NCBI GenBank assembly: GCA_040954595.2
Contig: CM082576.2
Coordinates: 62,001 to 126,000, forward strand
DNA from: Balanoglossus misakiensis
Lineage: Eukaryota; Animalia; Hemichordata
Length of the DNA stretch: 64,000 nt
Direction: 5' to 3'
In this document: positions 1-11,500 of the stretch, in pieces
Layout of the letters: every line of letters begins with the position of its first letter
Position numbering within the stretch: position 1 is the stretch's first letter
Position numbers and translations under genes: made by a program
Notes under the pieces: generated by a model
Database searches by the model: none
What the model saw: only the letters and a program-made list of their open reading frames with translations
Told to the model about the DNA's origin: nothing

Positions 1-570
1 CTGGAAGGTAGACTTTCAAACTTTATTAACAGCTGAATTTTCCAGAGTTGTGAATATTGTTTACCCCGGTACTCAGGACGTGCTGGAGGTGTCTATCTGT
101 GACCCAGACTACCCTGCCAATTAGACCTCTGACAACATGTGTTGGATGCATGGTGGGTAAACGGCAAGAATGTGCACTAACAAGAATGTTACCATTTTCA
201 ATTTCCAGGAGCAGACCTTTTTGTAGCCTCGCTGAAATCATCCTGGTCTGGCTTCATCAAATCTGAAAGACGAGTTCTTGGTTTAGAGAGTATCGACGTG
301 GAGGCTCTGTCCGGCTGGACACCAATTCAATGACCATGACCAAATTTTTTAGAGAGGTACTTGCCGTTTGTGGTGTTCGCCGTCTACATAGTGAAGACAT
401 TGAGGGGAATATGAAATCCTTTTGGATGGGTCAGGCACGTACCAGTACTGTGCATGCATAATGACGGGCATGTTCAAAAGCTGTATACGTATAAATGCGT
501 TAACAATGTTTGCACACGTATACAGTAGCAAATACATACTGGGCAGATCTTTCAGTTTAGTATAGATTTA

Positions 571-1112
571 GAGGTTATAAACGGCTAGCGAGGGAATTTG
601 GTTGCGGATATAAGACCTCTCAGGTGAAAATTAGCATATTTGGCGGTAAATAATCACCGAGCGAAGCGAGGTGATTATTTCACCCAAATATGCTAATTTT
701 CACCTGAGAGGTCTTATATCCGTACCAAATACCCGAGCGCACCGTTTATAACCTCATTATAATATGATTTTGCTTGATAAAGATAAACAATTTCATTTTT
801 TCAAATCGGTTGTTTGGTTGAGAATAAATCGTGCTAGTTCAAGGGCCTCGTCGCGCACTGTTCCAGAACACGCAAGCTGAGCTCGTGCAAATGTGTTCTA
901 GAATTTCTAAAGTCACGCGATTTTATGCCACCGCCAATAGAATTCATAAAGTGCGTTCTATTCAGGCGCGTTCCCTTCTACGTGTTCTATTTCGGTTACT
1001 TTTTTAAAACTATTCACTGTTCAGGGTCCAGGTACTAGGTCTTCTTGTCGAGAATATAAAACCCGGCTCCAGCCAATCTGAGAGCTAGATTCACGCCAAG
1101 CATATTATAATA
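571..1112 (+). mobile_element. Palindrome-capped non-autonomous element, copy A (185-nt hairpin 571-755 plus CpG-rich body); superfamily uncertain
   Basis: Long inverted repeat GAGGTTATAAACGG...CCGTTTATAACCTC with apex GA-GCGAAGC-GA (659-669). The CpG-rich body ends tentatively at TATAATA (1106-1112). Confidence 0.6.
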
Positions 1113-1857
1113 AGTATTCAGGTAATTAACCCATTCATCACTAGAAATTGATTGGTCAATAGGAGAAACATTATGGTAACGCAGTTTTTTTAAATAGACC
1201 AAAATTCAGTTTCGACATTGCTATGAGTGTCCTGCAGGTTTGTAATTAGAGCATTAATATTTTTGTTGTGTACAATATGGCCAGTGGCCAATAGTACTGA
1301 ATAAATGCATTATTAATATTACCGGTATATACTCTTTTTCTCTTCCTCAACTGTACAATCAATCTTTTCTTCCATCTTTGTTTCTTGGGGCACTCTCTAA
1401 AGGTACTGTTTGAGTTTCAAGTAACTGCACTAAGGATTACTAAGTACATAGTTAGAAACAATACTTTAGTCAAATATTCACTCAACTGAAACTTCACTAC
1501 ACCATTGCTGTTGATTTTACAGTACATCATGTACTATAAAATCAACAGCAAAAGGCTCTACTTTTGATGATTCATTAATGTTGCCTTGCTTTAGAGAACT
1601 ATGGAAAAACAGGGTTTGTTGTCCTTAGAGCTTGATATGACCCTAAGTGACTAGAACCAAATATGACATATTTTCTGTAACAGACCCACAATTATGATGT
1701 GTGAGAGTGGAAATCGTTGCTGTTGATGTGTCACTTTAAGTCACTAAATATAACAAAATGAATTATTCTATCATTTGGTACTAATAGTACAATACAAATA
1801 TCCTAATAGTGTCATTGAATACAGTGACTCTGTCTGTAAAGTGGAGAACTAGCCTAC

Positions 1858-2318
1858 ACATATATGCTTTTAATTATGTCTATTAAATGATATTTCATGA
1901 TAATATATCAAGATCAACACTTATTTATGACAAAATGGCCAAAAAATAAAGAAAAACGAAAATTCCTGCAATTTTTAAAAAAGTATAATATTGCAATGAA
2001 AAATGAAAATCTGATGTCTCAGTGGTGTACATTTACTTCCATGAGCTCAAGTGGATGAGATCATGTTTTGTTTATGAAGTTTCATAACCGGAAATGCAAC
2101 ATTTTCATTGTTTCTTGCATTTTCCTACGGTGGCGGCCATAATCGCTTGCGGCAAAGCTTTATTATTTATCTGGCTAAAACTTGCATATGCACTCATATT
2201 TAGGGTTTATAATGCTTGTGTATAGTTCACTGCCTTCATCTGCATGGACTAATGGTAGTGCAGTTTGAAACAAAAATTATGAAAATAATCCCAAAAGTTG
2301 CAGTGTACGTGCCTTTAA
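1858..2318 (+). mobile_element. Kolobok-like non-autonomous DNA transposon (MITE), right-end copy
   Basis: Ends AGTTGCAGTGTACGTGCCT+TTAA. Internal blocks (TATATGCTTTTAATT, TTATGACAAAATGGCC, ATATTGCAATGAAAAA) recur at 53.9-54.05 kb, and the right half recurs inverted at 63.15-63.4 kb. TTAA target and AGG terminus fit Kolobok. Confidence 0.65.
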
Positions 2319-2509
2319 GTATTGTCAAGATTTCAAAGGTGCAATGTATATAACACAAAAAAGCACATGTATTGCAATTTGCAATGATTTGAAAGAATGG
2401 ATGTGAGAAAGGCCAACTGAGCTCAAGATACATGAGAAACACTCATGACTGAAAACTGTTATTTAGCTGTGTAGGGGAAAGGGGATGTGGTAATGTAACA
2501 GGAACACTA

Positions 2510-5500
2510 TTACACTTTGACATCTTCCCAAACCCCTCCTCTGGCCATATCTTTCGCTTTGCGTTCAGATTGTCTTCGATATCTCTCTAACTCCTACAAA
2601 GAAAGAAATGATGGAGTTTAGCATCTCAAACTAATGTAAGGGTGCAAACATGCCAATGAAATATTGTCAAAATTCACACTGTGTCCAGAGAAACACAAAC
2701 ATTTTCACTCATGTCATAGAAATGGCAACGGTATTTGGAAGTGTTGTGTAAACTATTGCAGTTATACAGAATATTACACAGAAAATGGACTGAAATGGCA
2801 CTGCAGTACGAGTCATTGCATTGATTTGTGAAAGTCAAGTATTATTACTCATTTATTGCTTATCAAATCCAGCATGTTCAGTTGTGATCTTTCTTTCCGT
2901 ACCTCATCTTTCTGTGCTCTGATGTTGTCTACAGCAGCTTCAGAATATTGGGGATCTTTGGCTGGGTCATCAGCTATGGATGTACTTCCGGTCTGTGAGG
3001 CAAAATCATCAATACATCGTCTGAATTACCAAGGGTATAACAAAGGTAACATGTTTACTAGATAGGTCTTTCGCTAATATAGTAATAATTGAAGACTTGC
3101 ATGTACAACAAAAAATAGTGCCACAGGTAAAGATAGCAAGAGTACTAAAGGTGCGCCCTCAGAATTTGAACTAACATATTAAGTTTTCTTTTTTTTCCAT
3201 TTACATCTTACTCAGTCTCCACTTATTGCATGTGAGGAAATATGATTTTTATTTATAACATCCATAAACCTATGTGGCATTGCTATACCTGTTGTGGGAA
3301 GAAAGATGTATAGGCTTGCTTCCAAAGTTCAAGAGGACTTCTGGCTGTGAGTTTACCAATATCACCATCAGATACTGGTGGTGACCCTGAAAGGAATGAG
3401 ATATAGTCCTGTGAAGTTTCACCAAGCTAAACACACGAACACTGCCTAGCTAGTATATTTGTATGTACAACGCCATTAGTGTTTTATTTAGTTTATTTTT
3501 CAGGATTTTTGAGAAGTTTGTAGGAAATGACAAACAAATGCCTCTCAAGTTACATTACTCACCATTAAAATGTACATTGATTTTCTTGTAAACAGCTTGT
3601 AATTCACACATTGTAGCCCTAAGATGGCATTATGAGCCCTCATGGCAGAAGAGCAGTGATTACATGCACTTGTAATCATTGTTGCACATTTGGGATGACA
3701 TGACTTATTTTGCATTGTAGTCATTTGCACTCAAATGGAGATAACTTTTGTATCATAAACTAACAGACAATATACATGTTGATTGTTAAAAAAAATTGAC
3801 CATGACTTCCAACTTCCAAGTTTCTGCAGTTGATTAACAGTGAAACAGCAAAAGATGAGTAACACCATATTGACTCTTTGCAGTGAAGTTCTGAAACAAA
3901 ACAAACCTATTTGTTGTAATGAGTCATTGCCAGCTGGAACTATAAGAGGTTTGTTTGCATCTAGTGATATCGTCTTTCTGTAAAGAGAGAAATATTCTGT
4001 TAAAACTCCAACTTTAAACTTACCCTTTAAATATGTCTTTATAAAAATGATGGGATAGGACAACTTGTCTTTGCTACATTCTAGTTTTTGGGTGTGGGAA
4101 AATCTAAGTTAGAATAATAGTGCTTAGATACATGTTAGGGTAGCAATCAAGGTTGTTGGCAATTCCTAGACAGACGACTCAAAAAGGACCCTTCAGATGA
4201 CATTGTTAGTTTACAGTTCCCTAATTTGGCAATTCTTCATGATCTTCCTATTCGCAGAATGTTTTCAAATTTTCTATCATCAAAATCTGTCCCCATGACA
4301 ACAAACAATGTGGATAACAAGGTGAGAGATCAATCTGATTAAAATCAGATGTACAGTTAAGCGCCATATTTACTTTTACCTATTCTTGGCTGATCTGTCC
4401 GAGAACAGCCCAGACAGAGAACAGAATAGCCACAATTATCACCAGCGCCCAAGTCTACATCTGACTTTAATCAGATTGGGTGAGAGATGTGTTACAATAA
4501 TCCTCCCCTACATATGTACATCATTGACAGTCCATAACACTTGATGCAAATGCCATCCTTCTCTACCCTAGATGCATATGGCAATAGCCCTCCCCACACT
4601 TACCCTGCTGCAGTACCGAACACCAAATGGCTAATAAGCTGACGTGTCTTTGTGACCAGAGACTCTGTCTTCATACTACAGAACTACAGGGGGAAAAACA
4701 GACACATGTCAAATCAGTGTTATACATTTTCCCTAAGCATTGCTAATCTGTGTAAATATTCACTAGAAAATATGGGAGGGAAAAAAGTGTACTTGTGGAA
4801 CTTCTATAGAACTAACTTTGATGATTGTATACATTTCTCAGACCAACTTTGTCAGACAATAAAGTTATCAGATTAGACTAGACTTACCATCAAAGAGGCA
4901 CCATGGCTGTGCGCTACAAATCTCAGTGTTCTACCAATCACCTTCCTCTTCTCAGAATCAAAATCCTACCAAGCAAAATCAATCATCAGTTTTCATGAAA
5001 ATATGAATAGTAGTGGTACAGACATGATTATTTGAGTTGGCTGTGAAAATCCTATAATTTGGCACTTGTTTGTCTCTAATAATTTCCTTCATGCCATCTG
5101 AGAAGGTTGCTTTAATATTCCAATGGTGCTTTCGGAGTATTTCAATCAATATTCAAGACATTCTATTTCTACAGACAAGTTACCCTTCAGACTCGGACAA
5201 CTTAGCAATCCCACACTGAATACACTCTATACTCACCTGAAATATATCATATTTACTGCCAATAATGACCAATGGCACTGGGAATGGTTCTATCATGTCT
5301 TTGTCCTAACAGAGAAAACAAAACAAATTTGCACACAACTTTCACTACCTACCTATGCTGTTCTCCCGACCTTAAATAGGTTTTGGCTACCTAGGTGGGT
5401 GATAAAAATATCACATGGTCGACACAATTTCAAGATGGCCGATTTTTGCCATGTTTAAGGAATAGGAGTTCATAAGCTAAAGTGATGATGGGTCATTCTG

Positions 5501-8151
5501 AAACTTTTTAATAGAAAAAATAACAAAATGTGAAAAAAGTTTAATGAGTTTAATATGGTAACTACAAAGACAGACATGTTTGACCCAAGGAAGTCATGAA
5601 ATACAGTAAACATATCATTTCTTCTATCTCTTACTACAGTGGGGTGTCGACTTTTCGACCAGAATGCAATGGGATTTGACCCCCTAGCGCAAAGTTAAAA
5701 CCTATTTAAGGTACCCACAATTAAGGACATATTGTTGGTTGAGGGCGCTGTGCAAACAGCACCACACTGTCATTCAACCCCTTTTGTTTTGTAAGGTCAG
5801 AAGTTGTACCAACATACACATTGGCCCTTCTTGTTTCATTCTCTGCATACATTAACATAAAAAATTGTCCAAGGCTAAAACAGAGACAACCTTGTTTATG
5901 TGACAAAAGAGACATCATCAAATTTCTGATGATCAATCAAGGACTAGAATGGGTCCGCTGATATGAATAGAAATATATATGGACACCTACATATTAAAAT
6001 CTGACATAACAAAACAACTAAGCTTACTGGATGGTTTTCGCCAAACTGCTTCCATGCCCGTCTTCTTAGACGCTGTTGAACTCCAGAGTCTTTGCTGGCT
6101 GCTTCTGATATGATCCTCTCTATTCGTTCCCTTGCAACATTCAGCAGTGTTTCCATGGTATTCCATAATTCATGGGGTTTTGACAGGTCCAACACCAATA
6201 CAAGAGAGAGCGAGCTTAAATCAGACAATGAAAACAATTATTTTAGTTATAAAATGGTGCTATGACAAGTAGAGCAGGTGGAACTCCCACTTTGCAAATT
6301 TGTTAGACACACTGTATGTTTCCTTGTCGTTGCAAATTGTCATTCCATGCAATGCCACATATCATCAAACTAAATCTACATCGAACAGTAGACAGAAAAA
6401 TTAGTCTACCTGAATCTAGTTTTATTGCAAATCATAGCAAATCACCCTGGTAACAGTTTGTGAACACTTTGCATACTTACTCTATTGTGTCAACTTTAAT
6501 TGGAACATCTATCAACTTAGACAGAAAGGTTCCTCCACCTAGCTCCCATATATGACCAACATCTTTAGCCTGTAATGTTTACACAACAACAACAGTCATT
6601 TAGTACATTCATGCACTGAAGTGTTCAAGAATTGGGTAACAGACACTTGGAATCTGCCACACTTTGATTAAACATACAGATGACCGTTTGCAATAAGGAA
6701 TCAATTCAAAGGCACAGAATTATGAATAGTGTATAATTTATTTTCTCGTCTTGCAGGAATTTATCAATCTTGTTCAGCTTACTGTGGTTTCTGCGCACAG
6801 TCACATAAATATGTCATGATTTACAAAGGAGAGATTATAATTGTTGTCTAACAAGGCTTTGGACCATCTTACACTGTTACAGTCAGCTGAAACACTTACA
6901 ATATTGTGACCTTTCGCTCTTCTGCCAAACGTGTACTCTAGTGCTGTGGTGGGTTTTGGTATTTCATCCTTGTCGAGAAACCGTAGAATGATAGATGTTT
7001 TACCCTGAGAAACAGAAAAATTTAAAGCTCCTGTAATCATTACCAGTAACATACTACGGGGAGGGGGGGGGGGGGTCAAGTTAGTGAACAAAGTAACAAT
7101 ACTTGAGCCATGTCTTGAAATTGATGGAAAATTTCCGATTCTACACGTGTTGGTACCAAAGGGGAATTCATCCATTTTAAATTTGGACTGTGACTGCTTC
7201 ATATTCTGTCCCACTCTGCATCAATACACAAAATATGATCAGGTCAGACACTTTCTGAAGTAATACTCATTAGAAGACGGGATAGAAAGTGACTTACTGC
7301 ATCTTTACTTCCAATCACAAATATCGTGGACTCATCTTTGGTTTTTACCCCTTCCTGTCCATCTGTGGGCCAAATATGCATGTAAAGGTCAGTATACATT
7401 GTTTCAAGAATTGTGGTGAACATTCTCAGCAATCAAGTTATTTACACAACAACTTCTTATAAGTGAAGACGAAAGTCACTGATGGGGTCAGAGGTCAATT
7501 ACAACACACTCACCTTCCTGACTCTGATATGATGTGCGTTTGATTTTCTGTGATTCTATGGCAATGTCCCATATTGTTTTTTCGCTGGAACAGGAGATAA
7601 TGTCCATACCAAATAGCATGTCATCAGTTAGTTTATTTGACAATTATTTAATATTTTTGGCCGTGTCTATTGACAGGCGCCTGCTGTCAATAGCCGGCCC
7701 GACACTCCGATAATTTTTTCATAGCTAATGCTTTCGCATAGCACGTGCAGTTTCTTGCCCTACAATAGTACAAGCATGTTGGAATGCAGCGATGCACTGA
7801 ATGTGCCAGTGGATGTTCCACCGTGGTTGTACCGATCATTTGTTACTGTGTCAAGACTCGATCATGTACAAGCAATGTCGTTAGGCGTTATCACGTTACT
7901 ATGGAAACAAGCAATACTGTTATGTTGGCACAGGCCTTGGCAGGTGCGCCTTGTATATTCTTCTCTTCGCATTTCACAGATCGTCTAAGCACATAGAGGG
8001 ACTATGGCCATAAGCTACTGATTTATCGTTTTTAGCATCTTGGACTTTACAAACTCCTGTGGCCGCCCGTGGGGGGGGGGGGGGCTCAACTCGTCAATTT
8101 GGTCAAACGCAGATATGACGCTATCGATGAATATGCTTACCCCTTGAACAT
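2510..8151 (-). CDS. DYNC2LI1: Cytoplasmic dynein 2 light intermediate chain 1 (about 12 coding exons)
   Basis: GT-AG exons join in phase: MFKG(8141-8151)|EKTIWDIA(7514-7584)|FVIGSKDA|[34 protein letters not shown]|HIWELGGG|[11 protein letters not shown]|[17 protein letters not shown]|[19 protein letters not shown]|...[10 protein letters not shown]|ELERYRR...VKV* (stop 2510-2512). Matches recalled human DYNC2LI1 motifs throughout. Confidence 0.95.
4331..4478. mobile_element. 148-bp MITE with about 23-bp TIRs and a 9-10-bp TSD (Mutator-like)
   Basis: CAATCTGATTAAAATCAGATGTA ... TACATCTGACTTTAATCAGATTG, flanked by direct repeat GGTGAGAGAT (4321-4330, 4479-4488). A related terminus lies at 58362-58386. 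Confidence 0.8.
5369..5712. mobile_element. MITE with 16-bp terminal inverted repeats in a DYNC2LI1 intron
   Basis: ACCTTAAATAGGTTTT ... AAAACCTATTTAAGGT, with subterminal GGTCGAC/TCGACC motifs. Confidence 0.6.
7895..7908. promoter_or_regulatory. RFX X-box in DYNC2LI1 intron 1, near the shared DYNC2LI1/CLHC1 promoter
   Basis: GTTACTATGGAAAC matches the X-box consensus GTTNCYATGGNAAC. DYNC2LI1 (C. elegans xbx-1) is an established RFX target. Confidence 0.65.
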
Positions 8152-8521
8152 GTCGGGAGAAAATGCACACACTTAATTTTCTTCTGTCTGATAATCTCTC
8201 TTGTCAAATTCACCACACAAGCCACGGTCTGACCGTGCACAAGCGTATCTAGCAGCCGATCACGATTGCCAATGTTTTCATTGAACAGGAATGTACACGA
8301 AAACAAATGACGTATGATAGTCGGTGAAGATGTGACGTCACTATGTTTTGTGTGGATATGAAGAGTACGCTGTCGACTGCCGCGAGTTGGGATTGTAAAC
8401 AGTTGGAGAAATTTATAGTGACATAAAAATCATGCAGTTTCTTGTTGAATGTCATCGATTGAAGAAATGATACAAATCTCGACCGTAGTTTGATTGTGTT
8501 GTTCGGACAAAATCCTTAACC
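8152..8521. promoter_or_regulatory. Bidirectional promoter region DYNC2LI1/CLHC1
   Basis: Divergent ATGs 370 bp apart. CpG-enriched, with CRE palindrome TGACGTCA (8333-8340) and forkhead motif TGTAAACA (8394-8401). Confidence 0.65.
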
Positions 8522-11500
8522 ATGTCCGCTTCACGTGCAGGTTCGGCAAAGCGAGTTTTGCCACCGATATCAACAGAAACAGACAAACAGTTTCTGCAAC
8601 GTGTTGATGATTATGTTGACGCTGAATTGACACGTCTCGGGTGTCCCGATACAGGACCGGACAAACGGAGATACACGATTCATAAGGATGCCTTTGACCA
8701 GGTTGGTTATAGTGATATCGAGTATCTGCACGACGTCCGTGATGACATGTAACATATGAGTGGTTGCTTCCGTCTTTCACTGACGCAGCGTTACAAAGCA
8801 ATGATATGTTATAACCATACCACAGTCCCTCTATTGGCTCTAACTTCGTCCAGATGAACATTCAATCACGTTTTATTCTAGCGTGATAAATTGTTGTTGT
8901 TAGGGGTATTAATGTATAAAATTTGTTATTGTTGATGTTTGTGTTACACTTAGCTCTGGTACATGTATAAATTTTATATATATTTTATTTACCCAACTTT
9001 GAATTACACTAAACCATATAAAGCAACCTCAAGATTTTATCACAGTTTTAAAAATTCAGATCCCTGCATGGCCAAAAACTTGGATATAAGGGAATATCTG
9101 CAATAACAACATAATCCTATTTAACTCTCCACACGTGATCTGTGGGCTCCAGAAGTACCCAACCGATAGTGTGAACAGAACTTGTGCATTCTAAGATAAT
9201 AAATTGTAAATTGATATTTCCTTGATTGCCATGGACTGGATGGTTTCCTAGGTAGTAGAGCATGTGTCAGCTTACAAGCCGTTACTCTCCAAAATCAAAG
9301 CTGAATATGAAGATTGCATTGAGGCCATTGAGAGAGGTCAGAAGGAGGCCTTCTATTTATCCGGCAAAGTGAAAGCCATGGCGTCAGTGCAGACTACGCT
9401 ATCAAACTACCGCAAGAGAGGGGACGAATTGGAAGAGAAGTGAGTGACGTCAAAGTTACATTGAAATTGTATGGACCTGTCGAAGTGTATTATCTATACT
9501 TTCAAATTGGGAGGGGATATCTTGAGTAAAAACTCTTGATTCTTCACCAGTGACAGAGAACGTCTTAGGAAATGATCAGTTGAAATTCAGAGCACAAATT
9601 GCACAAAAAGCCAAGTCGATGTGTATAGAAATGATTTCTTTGTAAAAGACCTGTATCTGACAGCTGACCAAGTATATTCACCATGTAATGCAAACCATGA
9701 ACATTCATGTATGTACATGTAGTACGTGTGACATTCATGTCAACAGAATTGAAATCGAGTCAGTAATTTTGCTGTCTTGAGACAGTGTCTAGTCCAGTGG
9801 TTAAGCAAGCTTTTGATTTATGTTATCACATCAGAATCAACTCAGTGATCGTTGACAACGAACGAATTGAAGCTGAATTGGAACGGATGAAAGAGCTGAG
9901 AAGGTCACAGAACCAAACAGACAGTGAGAAAGGGAAAGATACACCACTGACCAAATCTAGAAAAAGAGAAAACAAGCAGTTGCCCGGTATGTACATAAAC
10001 AGTACAATCCATCTTAATTGATATTACACCAAGTGCCATTTTAGAGGGTGAGGACTGAAAGGTTTTATAAAACAAAAATGTTATGAATGTTAATCCAGTG
10101 TAAGGGCTGACCTGAGCAAATGCGTCATGAACAGAAATGGTCAGAATATTCTGTGTGAAATGTAGCTCAATATGAGACGATTGTGGGTTGGAATTACAGG
10201 TTTTCACGTTTGTATATGAAAACTAAAATGTGGATGAAAACTTTGAGATTTTATTTATTTCAAATTACCCAGTACTTTAACATCCAAATGAATTCCCCGT
10301 ATAGTGTATAACACGAAGAATAAGACCATACTAACTCATCTTTTCTCAAGAACAGAAAGTTTAATAATTTGATGAAGTTGGCCTTTACAAGCTGTCATTT
10401 CATCCAGTAAAGGTTGTGTTCCATTTGACAGGTCTGACAGTAGCTGAGTCCACAGACATTGATGCCCTGAATGCTTTGCTCAGTCGGTATGAAAGTCAAG
10501 TCAGAGAACTGAGACTCAGCAAGAAGACAAAGTTTATGCCAAAGGAAAAGAAAGTAGCTGTAAAGGAACAACTGGATGGTAAAATTGCTGTACGGGATGA
10601 AGCATCTGAAATGAATGAGCTGTATAAGAAGAAGTGAGTAAATCTCTTTGAATTCTGGTTGTGGTCCTGCTTGTGGCCTGTATGACTTCTTTTTGAAATC
10701 ATATTGCTCATCAAAGACGATATGGAAATACCTACAAGCCATACATTTCATAGATTTTCTGAAAGCGATCTTTGAAGAAATCTTACCCAAAAGAAACCAG
10801 ACATGGATATATTGCTATTGGGTATGATAGGTTTAATTGATTCTGTTGAATGCATTTCATGGCATATTCATGTTTATTTGTGGTACAATTTACCTGCAGG
10901 ACTGTGAGATTAAAGATAGCTGTTGACACAGTCAGAACTCACAACAAGAGAGATAAATCATATCAACTTAGTCTAGTAGACAGTCTGAACTTTGCCCAGT
11001 CAAGATCAACATCCAAGATGAGTCTTGCAAGTAAGTCGGATGGATTCAGGTTCTATCAATCACGGGTGACATAGATCCTCAGAATGAACCTTTCTTAAAA
11101 CAAACAATCTGGTGATTATTTTTTTATAGTTTCAATTTCTCACAGGGTAAAGTCCTTCAAATAAAATGGGGAGATGACTTGAACTATTGTAAAACAACGT
11201 GTGACACACACTTTTGAAAGAACACGTTATTTACTCACATTCTGATAAAGTGACTGTTCAGATCCAAATTTCTAACGCAATTAAATTTGTTTCACAGGTC
11301 AAGATAATAGTATGCCGTCTTCATTTGATGATGATGATCCGACCAAAGAGAGGGAAGCTGAAGCCATGTTGGAATACATTGAGAGATTCAATGAACTGTT
11401 TGAAGAAGGGTTGCATGCAGAGGCCGCCTTACATGCTGCCAATAGTCCCAAGGGGATACTTAGAAATCCTGGAACTCTATCTAGATTTAAAGGTGAGTTT

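Noticed and set aside
2-124. Open + strand frame WKVDFQ...CDPDYPAN* as the last exon of an upstream gene
   Set aside because: No recognisable homology and no acceptor inside the window; cannot be supported.
9785-9810. tRNA/SINE A-box-like GTCTAGTCCAGTGGTTAAG
   Set aside because: No B-box or cloverleaf follows.
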